A stretch of DNA of 64,000 bases from the NCBI RefSeq assembly GCF_016432865.1, contig NC_067401.1, positions 141,174,001 through 141,238,000 of the forward strand, given 5' to 3'. The stretch comes from Antechinus flavipes. Taxonomy: Eukaryota. The translations under genes and the position numbers were made by a program. Numbering within the stretch: position 1 is the first letter of the stretch; each line of letters starts with the position of its first letter. Under the pieces are notes generated by a model. It was not told the DNA's origin and searched no databases. It saw nothing but the letters and a program-made list of their open reading frames with translations. Positions 13,002 through 26,121 of this stretch are shown piece by piece.

Positions 13002-14984
13002 CATGTGCTAGGTTTCCGGGAGTACGGAGAATCTGAGTGTAGACTTCCAACTCCTCCCCATCCCTTTCAGAGCTCTCAAAGGAGCTGTGGAGCAGAATGA
13101 TTTCCTGTAATTGGCCAGCAATCTGGTCGACTGGCTTGTTCTATTGACGTGCTGGTTAGCTGAAAATTGTATTGGAATGTGAGTGAAGGCAGTGGGGGTT
13201 GGAATTGGGGGGGGTTCGATAGAAGGTAAAAGAAAGGAGATTTTCCTATACTAACTGTGACTGAGCCAAAGCATGAGAATCAGGCTTATCTCCTAGTGTC
13301 CAGAAAGTTATGCTGGGGGTGGGGATAGGAGTTTAATGCCACCAAAAGAAGCAATATAGTAACTTGCCTCCCCACCTGTCACAAGCCCTGAGTTCCACCT
13401 CTATCTTTTTCTATGGTTGTTTCCTTCAGGCTTTGAGTGACCCTTCTCTCACACTGGCTCCAATCCTGTCTTCACCTCACATCATGGTGAAAGAGCATGC
13501 TCTGTTACTGTCCCTGTCATGCAGCAGACTCTCCCTGAACTTTGTTTTCCTATCTCCTAAGCCTACTAGCATTATTCGTCGTACAGAAATTTAAATGCTT
13601 ACTGTATTTAAGCACTTCAGATCCTGAAGAAAATAGGTTTAGGAGGAATCAAAAGAAATGCTTTTATACATAGTAAGCAATAAACAAATGAAATTCATTC
13701 CCCAGAGCCTATAGGGAGCTCAAAAATATATTTATGACTCTCATATCATCTATAGAAGCCTGATGTGTAAATACAGGGACAGTAGGAATATCTCGGAGTG
13801 CACGTCCTAATCTGAGCATGACTTTATGGAAGGTTAGTACTTGGATTTTCCCCAAACTCTCCATTATTCTATTAACAAAACAGGAAACTAGGCTGGCTGG
13901 ATTCATCCCTCTTCAAATTTTAAGTACTGTATCTAGATCTCATGTGCCTTTCTCACATCCTACCTTTGCAATGATATATGTGCTTTTTTATACAGTAAGC
14001 CCCCTGATTATATCATTCTTCATTTTTATATTCCTCTTATCACAAGAACTTGTATATAGTAAGATCTTAATATCTGTTAAATTGAATGTTTGTTGAATAG
14101 ATTGGACCCATTCAGGGATTACAACCTCTCCCAGAGTTTCTCTTTTTACCTTCTGAGGCAGACAGATTAGCAAAAGGATAGGAGAGAGGTTAAGTGCTTA
14201 AGAGGCAGAGTTTGGATGCAGTTCTACCATATTTCACATTACATGAACAAATAATTAAGCTTCTGTTCTTGCTGGATAATCTAACAGGCAGACAAACTCT
14301 AGGTTTGAGAACTTCACTTCTGTCTGAAGTTATCAAGATGCCAGAAGCCTGGCAATTTTAATCCCCAAACATTAGGGATACTCAAAGCTAGTTATCTTTT
14401 TGTCCTTTTTTTAAAAAAAAATTCTCCTGTCAATAAAAAGTTATTTTAAAAATTCTCCTTGGATTTGTTTTCTATAGCAAGGATTAATTTGAGGTTCATG
14501 AACTTGGGTTTTAAAAACACTTTGATAACTGCATTTTTCCCCTGGTGAGGCAATTGGGATTACATGATTTTGCCCAGTGTCAAGTGTCTGGATTGGATTT
14601 GAACTCAAGTCCTCCTCACCCCAGGGCCCAAGGCCAGTGTTCTGTTGCACCACCTAGCTGCCCCATAACTGTATTTCAATATGATTGGATTCCCTTGTAC
14701 TTATTTTATGTTTTTCCCCTATTTATTGCTTTTAATCATATTTCCCTACTTATTTTATGCATTTCAAAATATTATCCCAAGAAGAGGTCCACAGGCTTCA
14801 CCAGACTGGCAAAGGGGAAGAGGAAGAGGGAGGAGAGGGTTACGATGCCCACTCTCAAAACCAGCGAGGGGAGAGATGACAGTAGGAAATGTCAAGCACC
14901 CGCAGCCGCGGTAACCTGGACGATATGTCAAAGTTAGCATCTCTCCCAGCTCTCCGCTGGAGGCTAGAGCCGAAGTCAGGATAT

Positions 14985-15002
14985 TGCTGCCACCTGCTGG
15001 TG
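14985..15002 (-). promoter_or_regulatory. CTCF motif (reverse orientation)
   Basis: Minus strand CACCAGCAGGTGGCAGCA fits CCASYAGRKGGCRS, within a locally CpG-retaining patch. Confidence 0.65.
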
Positions 15003-16398
15003 AAAAAGGAACATTACCTTTGTGTCTAGCTCGGGGCCTTCTGAAATGTTTTCTGGGTCCATTTTAGAGCATTTCCTTAGTCCTCTCCTTCAGCCAGCTC
15101 TAGCCCAACACTCGAACCAAACAAATGCCAGGACATTTAGTTGCTAAGTTTGGGGATCCCCCATAACTCCAGCGGGCCAGGGAAGCATCAGGAACAGCTC
15201 ATCAGCGCTTGAGGAGGTGGGGGTGGAGGGGGGAGTTGCTAGGGCTACCCTGTTCATCTCTTCCCCTCTACCCCACCCCCATCACTTAAGGACTGTGGCC
15301 ATGAGGGGAGCTCTAGCTTCTAGGAGAAACTCCACAAGCTTCAGTCCCTTCTTTTTCTAAGGTAGTGGTGGAGGATGAGACATTTGCTTTGGTGACCTGG
15401 GAAGCCCTAACCAGTCATGGGAATGACACCCTCATTGGCCACAGGGACAATAATTCCTTTTTCCCTAGCTCCCCTCAGCCACTGAACCAGAAGAACCTAT
15501 TTCCCCTTGAGGGTTTGCTAAGCGTTAATGAGCTGATGTCTCTGAAGCACACGGAGCTATAAAGAAAGGGGCATAAAATGTGGCCACTGCACTATTAGCA
15601 TTTATCACAATTATTTCTGGGCTTAATAGGATGCTCCTGCCCCAGGATGAACGCATCAGCAGCAGGTCTTCAACGTTCTGAAGGAAAAGACTTTTTTTAC
15701 TGTAATATATTTCTAGGGGTAGCAGGATTGGAGGTGAGGCAAAGAACACAGAGAATGGAGGGGATGCAGAGATGGAGCCAGAGTCTATGCCTGGCTAAGG
15801 GCCCTAGGGGATAGCGCTCTAGCCAAGTCGAGGGGCTACAATGGAGTCAGAAAGAATAAATGGGAGATTGGAGGGAATCCGATCCCTTTCAGCCTCCAGT
15901 TCCAGAGCTGGACAAGACTGCGTCCCCATTTGGTGGTGATGAACTAAATCCAGAAACCCTGTGCTTGTCATCTGGTTCAAATGTTGCTGTCACTCTGAGG
16001 CAGTGGCTTAACTAGGGCAGCCCAAGCAGCTGGGTGCAGTGATGACAGAAAAAATGGGTGCCCTGGAGGGAGGTGCCAGGAAGGGAGGATGCAAGCTGGG
16101 CAGGAATGCCAAGCTAGGAGTGAGGCTCTCCTGAGAAAGCTGGGAAAGCTAACCTCGTGGCCAGGGCTGGGGTGGGGGGGCCATTGGAGAAATTTGGCTG
16201 AGGGGGGAGAGATGGCTCGTCCTTCCACTGTAGGAATACCATCAGGACTAAAGGCACTCAGGAGAGTTCAAAAATGGGCACATGGACCCCAAACCAATGG
16301 CCTACAGAAAGGATACCATATCCTTTCCCTTAAGGTCTCTGAGGAGAGGGCATAGGTCAAACAAACGCTGAGAAAAGAAGGGTGTTTATCCATGGACA

Positions 16399-16404
16399 TT
16401 TATT
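16399..16404 (-). terminator. DCAKD: DCAKD polyadenylation signal AATAAA (3' UTR about 400 nt)
   Basis: tttatt on the plus strand ~385 nt past the stop, followed on the minus strand by a U/GU-rich element (cttcttttctcagcgtttgtttg). Confidence 0.7.
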
Positions 16405-16789
16405 GAGTTCCTAGCAAGGAACAACATGCTATACTAGGGAGCTATAATTACTCAAAGCTCCATAGGAGCCACTTGAGATGCAGATGAAAGAGGGGAAGGG
16501 GAGAAAGGAAGCTTTCTTTTAAAACATGCACTAAGTCAATCTCCTGACTCAGGAGTGGGTTGTCTCTTTTGTGACAATAGTGCCAATCTTTCCCCAATTC
16601 TCAGCCCAGCAATCTTGCCTAATAGAAGAGGAAGGAAAGAGCTCAGAGTCTGTGGGAGGGAGTTATGGAATAGAACATTATGAAAGACCACTTCTACTGG
16701 ACAGTATTCTAGACCCACCGGTTGGCCTCAGCCTCAGTAGGCTGTGCCAAACAGGTCCTGGAGGTGGGTGTTTAAGGGGATGGGGCTTA

Positions 16790-17066
16790 TTAAAGCAAGA
16801 GGTGCCGAGAAAATAGGTATATAATGCCAAGAAACCCAGCAAACAGGCCAAGCCTTAATGGTAAAAAGTCCAGGGAATCTTCTAGTTGGGAATGCAGGTG
16901 GAGGGTCTGTCGGCGTGTGACCTCCCACTCCCCCGAGTTGTCCAGGATATGCCGAGCCAGCTGGCGTTTCTCTTCCAGGGACAGTTGGGCTGCAATCCTT
17001 TCCTCAGCCTCTTCTCGACTCAGCCCATTCCGCTGCATCAGGCGTGACAGCTGGGTCTGGGGGTCA
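16790..17066 (-). CDS. DCAKD: DCAKD last coding exon (277 nt): DPQTQLSRLMQRNGL...DNSG...LFSRHLLL*
   Basis: Acceptor ccag|TGAC; joins ORF 16790..17038; RIAAQL and DNSG motifs; hydrophobic C-terminal tail; total CDS 681 nt in frame. Confidence 0.96.
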
Positions 17067-19426
17067 CTGGTGAGAGGAAGAGAAAAGAAAAGGGAACAGT
17101 ACTTAAATGAGAGAATCTCATCCCACTTCCATCCATCAGGGTCATTTTATCTCAGAAGAAAGGCACAGAAAAATACTTTTCAGCACCTCTTAGGTCCCTC
17201 TCACACAGATACCCTGGTTTCAAGTTCCACTAGAGTCCAATCCCCAGTCTCAGGAAGGCTAGATTCCTGCTTCCAGACAAGATTAGTAGTGAATATGAAT
17301 CTAAAAACAATTTCCATTTCTATTTCTTTTTCCCTTTCCCAATTCTTTAATGTGCCTTTGAAAAAGAGCATGTCTTAGAATGAACCCCAAGTATAGAAAG
17401 TATTAGTTTGGCCCCGCAGCCCAGAATTTCAACTTAACCCTTCATGTGCAACAATCCATGTTGGTGACATTAGCTCTCTCCTCCTCTCCCCTTAGGGTTT
17501 CTGGCCAAGTCAGTGTGACCTTTACTTAAAGAGCAGTCTCAACCAGCTAAGCCCTTTCAGCTAGCTCCCCAGAGGCCCCAAGGCTGCCGGCTGAATTCTG
17601 AATAGCTTCCTAAGATCATCTCCAAACTTCCCTTCCTTTGCAGATCAGTCCCAAGTCCTCCCACAGCCGACTTCCCCATACAGAATACAATGCAAAGCAA
17701 CCAAGCTCTGCTAAAGATGTGGCCTATTCCTTAGGCTAAGAAAAGGGATATGTATATTTGGGGAATGGGGAAGTTTAGAAAAAAATAAGGGTTTTCCACT
17801 CAGTCAACATTAAACTACCATTTATCAAAAGCCTTCCTTATCCAATACACTTCTAGAAGGCATTTTAAACGTTCTCAGTCTTGGGGTCAGCTATTTACTA
17901 GAACAGAAAGCTACATGCTCCAAAGATCTTTCTGCTAGACATTCAAAAGATGGTCCCCATATTTAGAATTTACTATCAAGTTCCCATGACTCCTTATGTG
18001 GTAGGTTCCCTATTATGCCTAAGGTGTCCCTTCCTCTCTTGAGCAGAGCTGTGAAGTTGTAAGGAAGCTAAATCAGCCTAAAGAAAAAATGAGCTGTAAT
18101 CCAATTTTAAGCCCTCTACTCCTTAAGTGCCTTCCCTTTTTGGGTCTTCTATTTCTACCAAACGCAAAAGAAGCTGGCTGATTGCATAGAACACTAGAAA
18201 TGTTATTCTAATACCTAATAGGTATCAGAGGACAACTTTGGCTGGTTTTTTTTAATTGATAAAACAGCAGCTTTTAAAGAAATTTGGACATCAAAGCTGA
18301 TTCTTGCCATCTTTGCTATAAATCAGCTCCAGGTTTCTAGGATTTTTCCAGCAAGTCTCAATTTCTCCATTTGAAAAATGGGAAGATTTTTGTCCTATCT
18401 CTTTCAGGAAATTTGGCAAGATAACCAGGGAAGGAAAAAGTGTGTTAGACATATATAACAAACTCTTCTCATCCACACAGTGAACTCCCCAATGATATCA
18501 TCTTACTGGTATTTTACTACAGAAACATAGCTAATAAGGTTAAAGTCATGGGGTCAATTCCTACTGGGGTAGTTTGGCTCTGCATTAATAATAACAGCTC
18601 ACATTTACAATTTTCAAAGATTTTGCTGACAACAATACTGTGATATAAGTATGGTGAATACCCATTTCACAGATAAGTAAGCAAGTCAATGGGAGACTTA
18701 GAAACCTGAAACCTGGCTCATTCTTATAATGTCAGGGAACAAATAATCTAGAGCTAAGATCTCATTCAGCTACACAACAGTTTGGATGAATTAAGTGTAC
18801 CCCAAGTTAATCACTTCCTGTGATTAAAAACAAGTCACTCTTAAATATAGAACAAAGAACCCACAAAGCAGGTAATCTTGGATATTTGGGGTACTAAGGT
18901 AGAATGTCAGGCTCTACTTCCTATTATGTGCCTCCTATATATCCTCTCTGGGGGACCCCCCTGAATCCAAAATGCCTGAGGAACCAAGGGCTTTTCAAAA
19001 GACTGTAGGAGGCATCCAGGAAGCATGTGAGCAGAAAACAGCCTTGGACTCTCATCTGCTCTTGCTCCCTCAATCACTAGGGACTATGACTCATTTTACC
19101 TTGATAGTTTTATTCTCCTCCATTGGCCAAGCTTGGATTTATATTTGCCTTGTCCCACTAGCCCCAGGGAACAATGCAGAATAAAGCAGCTTCCCTTGCT
19201 CCCTGGTCCTCTCACAGTTCTTCCATGTAGAGGAGTTCAACCACTGTAGGATGTTGGGCGAGTTATTAAACATCTATATGAACAAGATTCACCTTCCTCA
19301 CTGGCAGCATGGGTATAATTATCCCTTATCTACTTATGTTGGGAGCAATCTGTTTGCCACATTATCATCCACAGCAAGATTATAGCATCAACCATCTAGG
19401 TTTAATTGCCTGGATACCTGTAACAA

Positions 19427-19440
19427 CCAGCAGGGGGAGC
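19427..19440 (+). promoter_or_regulatory. CTCF motif (forward orientation)
   Basis: CCAGCAGGGGGAGC, one mismatch from the canonical CCAGCAGGGGGCGC core. Confidence 0.5.
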
Positions 19441-19685
19441 CCTCTCCGCATACCATGATGCCCTGAGAATCAATGACAAAAATCAGGAAGAAGAGGCCCA
19501 CCTCACATTGGGCTCAACCAGGTAACATCAGACTGGTCACTATTCAGAGCTCAGTTCATTGAGGGCTTAACCTCTTATCTCGACAAAGCGAGAACAGAAT
19601 AGACTGCTGTCCAGCAAATGTCCCTGAGGAAATCTCTCTTACCCAAGATCAAAGGACATCTCTTCATTTCCGAACCCCAACTCAC

Positions 19686-19773
19686 CAATACACCACCACT
19701 GTATGCTTCATGAATCGTAACATTGTTTTAGTTTCGAACAGCAAGGGAATGTCCAAGATCACATACCGATACC
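19686..19773 (-). CDS. DCAKD: DCAKD third coding exon (88 nt): [30 protein letters not shown]
   Basis: Too short for the ORF track; read manually. Acceptor tctccag|GG, donor TATTG|gtgag, DPCK motif DIPLLFE, phases consistent. Confidence 0.96.
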
Positions 19774-20699
19774 CTGGAGAAGAGGGAAAACATCCCAAAG
19801 AATAAGAAAAGCCAGTTATCATCCTTTCCTGTTCTAGATACTCTATTCTCTTCGTTCAGTCAAATGACAACAAAAGCACTGTAATTCGGCTGATGACTTG
19901 GATTTTGACTTAGGAAAATGGCAAGGTCATGGGACTTTGTACTGGGGAATGGCTGGTTTGGTTGGAATACAAGATCAATGAAAGGAAACAGAGACAGCTG
20001 TATGGAACCAGAAGTAGAGGGCCCTGAATGCCAGGCTACAGAGATTAGACTTTATTCAGCAGGAAACTACTAGAGGGTTTTTTAGATGGGGGTGGATGGA
20101 GTGGCAGAGGTAAAAGAACACAGAGCAATGATATAGCAAATGGCAGGTGCAAAGGCACTGGAAGGGAGGAGATATTATAGTCAAAGATGGAACATTGGGA
20201 CTTATGGCTACAGAGCTTGGTATTTGAGGGGAAAGGCCCAAGGGGACCAAGCTGTCAGCTGTCAAGTCACAGTACCTCCAATGAGACAAAGCGCATAGGA
20301 CCCTCTGAAATCAGTGCTACCAAGGTCCAAACTGGATGTTCTCTCTAAAGGGTTTGGACCATGAAATCCTCCAAATTTGAACATGACACTCCTTAAACAT
20401 CAGTGGGACATGTCACTGGAATAGAGGTGCAGTTACTTAATTCCTTCATGATCAAAAGGAATCTGTGAAATGACTGACTGGCTTCAAGGGATGAAACTCT
20501 CAGAAGGGAATGGAAATTTTCTTTGTATGCAACTGGACTAGATGAGGACAAAACCAATGGCCACATTAGCACCAGGCTTTCAATCTCTCAGCCTGTTTTC
20601 TCTTTTGCAAAATGTGGATAATGCCATCTGCCCAGACTGACTCAAATGGATCTTGTGAAGGTCAAGTGAGAAAATGGTAAGTGAAAATGCTTGTGTGTC

Positions 20700-20940
20700 T
20701 AGTTGTTTTCAGATGTGTCCAACTCTTTGTGATCCCTTTTGAGGTTTTCTGGGCAAAGAATCTGCAATGATTTCCCATCTCCTGCAGCTCATTTTACAGA
20801 TAAGAAAACTGAGGCAAACAGGGTTAAGGGACTTGTCCAAAGTCACACAGCTAGTGAGTAAGTGTCTGAGGCCATATTTGAACTCAGGTCTTCCTAACTC
20901 CAGGCCTGGCACGCTATTCACTGCACCATCCAGCTGCCCC
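20700..20940 (-). mobile_element. MAR1-type SINE
   Basis: Full reverse-complement copy ending cagctgcccc. Confidence 0.8.
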
Positions 20941-21442
20941 CTAGAAAATGCTCAGAAATCTATAAAACATGCTACAAATATTAGAATTATTATTATGCAC
21001 AAATGTTCCAGGATTATTCCCTCATTGACTCACAGCAGGACTGACATTCAAGATCAATGAGCCAGGGAGAAAACCCAGAGCACCTGGTTCCCAGTCGCCT
21101 CGCTGTGCTGACCGAGAAGCCCAAGAGAAACACATGAGGCTCCCCAAATCAACAAAGATCAGACTGCATGAAGAGAACAGAGAACTGAGGCTGGGAAGCA
21201 CTGCTTACCCACCATAGGGCCTGAGCCAAGACAAGCTCCTTTTAAAACCTCTTATCTCCCTTTACCTCTCTACTCCCCTTTCTCTTCTCCCCTCGATCTG
21301 TCCTTTCCTTCAGGCTCCTCATGGGAGCCTGTGACCAGTGCTTTGGTTCACCAGTAAAGGTCCATTCAGCTGTCACATCCCTCCTGCTTGATAAGCTCTA
21401 CAAACTATCCTGACTCTATTAAGACATTCTTCTGCCTACACA

Positions 21443-21574
21443 NNNNNNNNNNNNNNNNNNNNNNNNNNNNNNNNNNNNNNNNNNNNNNNNNNNNNNNNNN
21501 NNNNNNNNNNNNNNNNNNNNNNNNNNNNNNNNNNNNNNNNNNNNNNNNNNNNNNNNNNNNNNNNNNNNNNNNNN
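21443..21574. other. Assembly gap (132 N) in a DCAKD intron
   Basis: Run of N; the left flank ends in caca, possibly an unresolved microsatellite. Confidence 0.99.
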
Positions 21575-22948
21575 ATCGAGCTGAAAAGAGCTTTCTGGCT
21601 TTTATTTAAGTGAGGCAGGGTGGGGTGGGGGAAGCATAGAGAATGTTCAGAGCGGGTGACATTATCCAATGAGTAATCTCAGAAGGGAAGCTACACTGCC
21701 GCCTTCGAATCTACAGATGTACTTGTAACTGGCCTGGGAGGGAATGCAAAGGGCACAAATGAAAGGCAGGAGGGTTCTATTCCTGGAGCCAGGGGGTGGA
21801 AGGCGCACAAAGGCACAAGTCTCTAGAACAGAAAGAGGGCAGGTGAAAGGAGGGCTGAGCTAGGGTAAGAGAGAGGATAAACACAAGCCAGGCTAGTAGG
21901 AAGGAAACAAAGTTCATGAGCCCAGTATGAATCTGAGTCAGTCACCACATGCTTTTACATTGTTAGCAAAGACCAAGAGAGACAAAGACAAAGAGACAAA
22001 GACAGAGGGACACAGAAAGAGAGAGAAACACAGACAGAAACAGAGACAGAGAGTCAGAGAAGAAGAAGGAATATCTCCTGACCTTGTAAAGTAGAAACAG
22101 GGAAAAGTCAAGGAAAAAATTTTGGCTACAAACATTACGTGGAGGCTAGCAACAGGTTGGAGAAGTCCTGTTTCCCAATTTAATGTTCTAAATATATGAC
22201 TAGTATATTGTAATAGTAGTTGTAGCTACTTCCACAAGAGAATTTTTAAACATTACCTTTCAGGAGTTTGAAGGAAAGAAAAAGGGAGGGGATGATGGGA
22301 AATTAAAACGCATTACTTCTGAAAGGGACAACTATGGTATATGTATCAGAGAATGAAGCTACTTTTTCCCTGTTGCTATTGCCATACTTTATCCCTCTAA
22401 GATGTGGGGACTTTGGTGTATTTTTTGAAAGATTGCTAATCTAAGCATTAGCCAATGACTCCTACTCTCTAACCTTTTCAAACTACTTTCTTCTTCCATA
22501 ATTTCCAACCTTAAAAGAGAGGCAGCCCAGAAAAGTGGAACTGAAATCAAGAGATGCCTGGGTTTAAAACTTGCCTGTAAAATGTACTAATTGTGTGGCC
22601 CTAAGTTGTAACTTCTCTGAATCTGTTTTCTCATATCTACAATAGATAAAATACCTGTAATATCAATCTTAGAAGGGTCTTTTGGGGATGAAAGGATGCA
22701 TGATGAAATGATGCATTTTTATAAACCTTAAATTCCTCTTAAAATGTCAGTGATTTTAAATAGCAAATCATCTTATTATATGCTCCTCTGTATGTCTGGC
22801 TCGTTCTTACCTGAAATCCTCTCCTCAGGATGGTCTCCCCTAATTGGACCACCTTTTAAGAGCTATTTTATCCCTTCCCTCCACTATTTTTTTTAGCTCC
22901 AGCTAAAGATTCATCTCCAGAAAACCTTAATTGAAAATGTTCCCTCTA

Positions 22949-23428
22949 GACTGGCGAGACTTACATGAACTGATGCTAAGTGAAATGAGCAGAACCAGGA
23001 GATCATTATATACCTCAACAATGATACTGTTTGAGGATGTATTCTGATGGAAGTGGACCTCTTCGATATAGAGAGCCTTAATTGATCAAAGATGGACAGA
23101 AGCAGATACACCCAGAGAAAGAACACTGGGAAATGAATATAAACTGCTTGCATTTTTGTTTTTCTTCCCGGGTTATTTATACCTTCTGAATTCAATTCTC
23201 CCTGTGCAACAAGAAAACTGTTCGGTTCTGCACACACATATTGTATCTAGGATATACTGCAGCCCATTCAACATGTAAAGGACTCTTGCCATCTGAGGGA
23301 AGGGGTGGAGGGAGGGAGGGGAAAAATCGGAACAGAAGTGAATGCAAGGGATAATGCTGTAAAAAATTACCCTGGCATGCGTTCTAGCAATAAAAAGTTA
23401 TTAAAAAATTAAAAAAAAAAAAAGAAAA
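22949..23428 (+). mobile_element. 5'-truncated L1 (young subfamily)
   Basis: ORF2 tail, 3' UTR and poly(A); perfect 16-bp TSD gaaaatgttccctcta (22933-22948 and 23429-23444). Confidence 0.92.
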
Positions 23429-23688
23429 GAAAATGTTCCCTCTAACTGCCCCCAGTTTTAACCATCCTTGCTTTTCATTCTCCCACTTGGTTACTTAATC
23501 CTTTGAACACCAGAGTACCTTACTCTCCTTAATTATAATATATATAATCTATATTATATAGAAGAGTACAATTGTGTACTCTTCTATATTTTTAATGACT
23601 GATTGCATTGTTTCTACTTGTCTGGAGGGCCAGTCCCTTCAGATAATTATAGCACAGTGCTATCAAAGTCAAGGATATCTATTTCCCA

Positions 23689-24646
23689 CAAATTAAGACA
23701 ACTCTGAGATACCACTACACATCTGTCAGATTGGCTAGAATGACAGGGAAAGATAATGCGGAATGTTGGAGGGGATGTGGGAAAACTGGGACACTAATAC
23801 ATTGTTGGTAGAACTGTGAATATATCCAGACATTCTGGAGAGCAATTTGGAACTATGCTCAAAAAGTTATCAAATTGCATACCCTTTGATCTAGCAGTGT
23901 TTCTACTGGGCTTATATCCTAAAGAAATCTTAAGAAGGGAAAGGGACCTGTATGTGCAAGAATGTTTGTGGCAGGTCTCTTTGTAGTGGCCAGAAACTGG
24001 AAACTGAGTGGATGCTCATCAACTGGAGAATGGCTGAATAAATTGTGGTATATGAATGTTATGGAAAATTATTGTTCGATAAGAAATGACCAGCAGGATG
24101 ATTTCAGAAAGGCCTGGAGATACTTACATGAACTGATGCCAAGTGAAATGATCAGGAAGGGGAGATCATTATATACTTCAACAACAATACTATATGATGA
24201 TCAATTCTGATGGACGTGGCCATCTCCAGCAATGAGATGAACCAAATCAGTTCCAATACAGCAGTAATGAATTGAACCAGCTACACCCAGCGAAAGAACT
24301 CTGGGAGATGACTATGAACCACTACATAGAATTCCCAATCCCTCTATTTTTGTCCCTCTGCATTTTTGATTTCCTTTACAGGGTAATAGTACACTATTTC
24401 AAAGTCTGATTCTTTTTGTACAGCAAAATAACTGTTTGGACACATATACTTATATTGTATTTAATTTATACTTTAGCATATTTAACATGTATTGGTCAAC
24501 CTACCATCTGGGGACAGGGATGGGGGGAAGGAAGGGAAAAATTGGAACAAAATATTTGGCAATTGTCAATGCTGTAAAATTACCCATGCATATGACTTGT
24601 AAATAAAAAGCTATAATAATAAATAAATAAATATATAATTTTTAAA
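23689..24646 (+). mobile_element. 5'-truncated L1
   Basis: ORF 23962..24210 is the L1 ORF2 C-terminus; 18-bp TSD aaggatat(c/t)tatttccca with 1 mismatch (23671-23688 and 24647-24664). Confidence 0.92.
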
Positions 24647-25149
24647 AAGGATATTTATTTCCCAATGAGGAAAAATTCCTACTTCACAGGCAGCACTCTT
24701 AAATCATAGGCTAGCCATCTTGCAAATAGATGACACATATTAGGAGGAAGACTGGAAAAAACAATATATAATTCAATATGACACATTCTCATCACCAGGG
24801 AGAAAGATCAGCTACAAATCCATCTCCTCTAAATTGAGTCAAAAACATCATCAAATAAAAGATTAAAGTTCCTCAATGGTGAGAATAACGTTTTCTAATC
24901 TACATGTATCCTTCCTTCTTGTGGGGCCTAGAATAGAATTCTGTACCTAGTAAGTAAAAATAAATGTTTTAATTGACTAGCCATGTTGTCCAATTCTCTA
25001 CCATCACCCTATCTATGTCACCATAATTGACTTGTTACAAAGGTTAACAAAAGTAATGCTGTCCCAGCATTCATCTGGGATGCCCCTGAATTCATCAGGA
25101 AAGTATTACAACTCAGACTCCTCCATTACCTCCCCTTTTCCAATCTCAC

Positions 25150-25353
25150 CCTGAACCAAGTACTTCAGGATCTGCTTCAGCATCTCCTTACGAATCTCTG
25201 GATGGGTAATGGCATTCAGCAGTTTCCGCTTCTCTGACTGGTGGAAGATGATGCTTCCCAAGGCCTGGCGGTTGATCTCACCATTCTCTAGCAGGATCTC
25301 ATGTCCAAAAGCTTTGACAATACGATAGTAGGCAGGATAGCCTGGCTTTATCA
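25150..25353 (-). CDS. DCAKD: DCAKD second coding exon (204 nt): VIKPGYPAYYRIVKAFGHEILLENGEINRQALGSIIF...KYLVQG
   Basis: Acceptor ttgccag|TG, donor CAGG|gtgag; phase 1 joins the flanking exons in frame; DPCK motifs INRxxLG and LNAITHPEI. Confidence 0.97.
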
Positions 25354-25949
25354 CTGGCAAGAGAGGGGGGATAGAGATAAGCACAGGACTGAACTTTGAA
25401 GGATTTAGTCCTATTTCTGTTAAAAAGTCTTCAAGCAAGACCGGTGATATAATCTGATAAAAAAAAAAGTGTACTTTGATGTATGGCTTGACTATCCTAA
25501 AGGAACAGATAGTTTATCTTTTTACTCATAAAAATAAAGATGCAGAATTAGAGGACTAAGAAGAATAAATAATCCCTTACCTTAGAAACAAATGTCAAGG
25601 AAGAGATTCCAAAAGAAAAAAGGATCTTTAAAAAAGAGTAGAGACAGTAATAGAAGTAGAAATGAAGAAAAGGAAATTAGATTAAGTTAAGTACTAACTC
25701 TGCCACCTATAGAGCCTGAAAGACTGCTGGGAATACCCTTAATTCCTTCTGGGCAACTAAAGGAGAGAAGGAAGAAGATTATAAAGGTGTTGAGGACATA
25801 GAAAAGAAAAGAGCTGTCTATTAAAAGTTTTCTGCCTATGAGACTATAAGCTCCCTTAGTGTAGGATCTATATCACACCTATCTTTGAACACAGGAAGAG
25901 TTTAATGTTTGCTGAATTGAATCCCCTCCTTTCCCATCCTCCAACTCAC

Positions 25950-26061
25950 CCTGGTGAGCAATGATATCTGCATCGATCACAGCACAGCCCAGATCCCTGA
26001 ACACCTGAACTACTGAGCTCTTTCCTGAGGCAATGCCCCCTGACAGGCCCACGAGGAACAT
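25950..26061 (-). CDS. DCAKD: DCAKD first coding exon (112 nt): [37 protein letters not shown]
   Basis: Dephospho-CoA kinase P-loop [11 protein letters not shown]; ATG at 26061; donor CAGG|gtgag at 25950/25949; 112 nt matches the human exon as recalled. Confidence 0.97.
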
Positions 26062-26121
26062 CCTGCCTCAGCAAGACTGGGTCACTTCAGCCAGCCCAAC
26101 AGGAGAGGGGCCAAGGAATCC
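26062..26121 (-). other. DCAKD: DCAKD 5' UTR part of the first coding exon
   Basis: Pyrimidine tract plus acceptor ctttgttttgttttgttacctag| 60 nt upstream of the ATG. Confidence 0.7.

Noticed and set aside
16824-17378. 184-aa plus-strand ORF antisense to the last DCAKD exon
   Set aside because: Shadow ORF of the DCAKD coding strand; no independent evidence.
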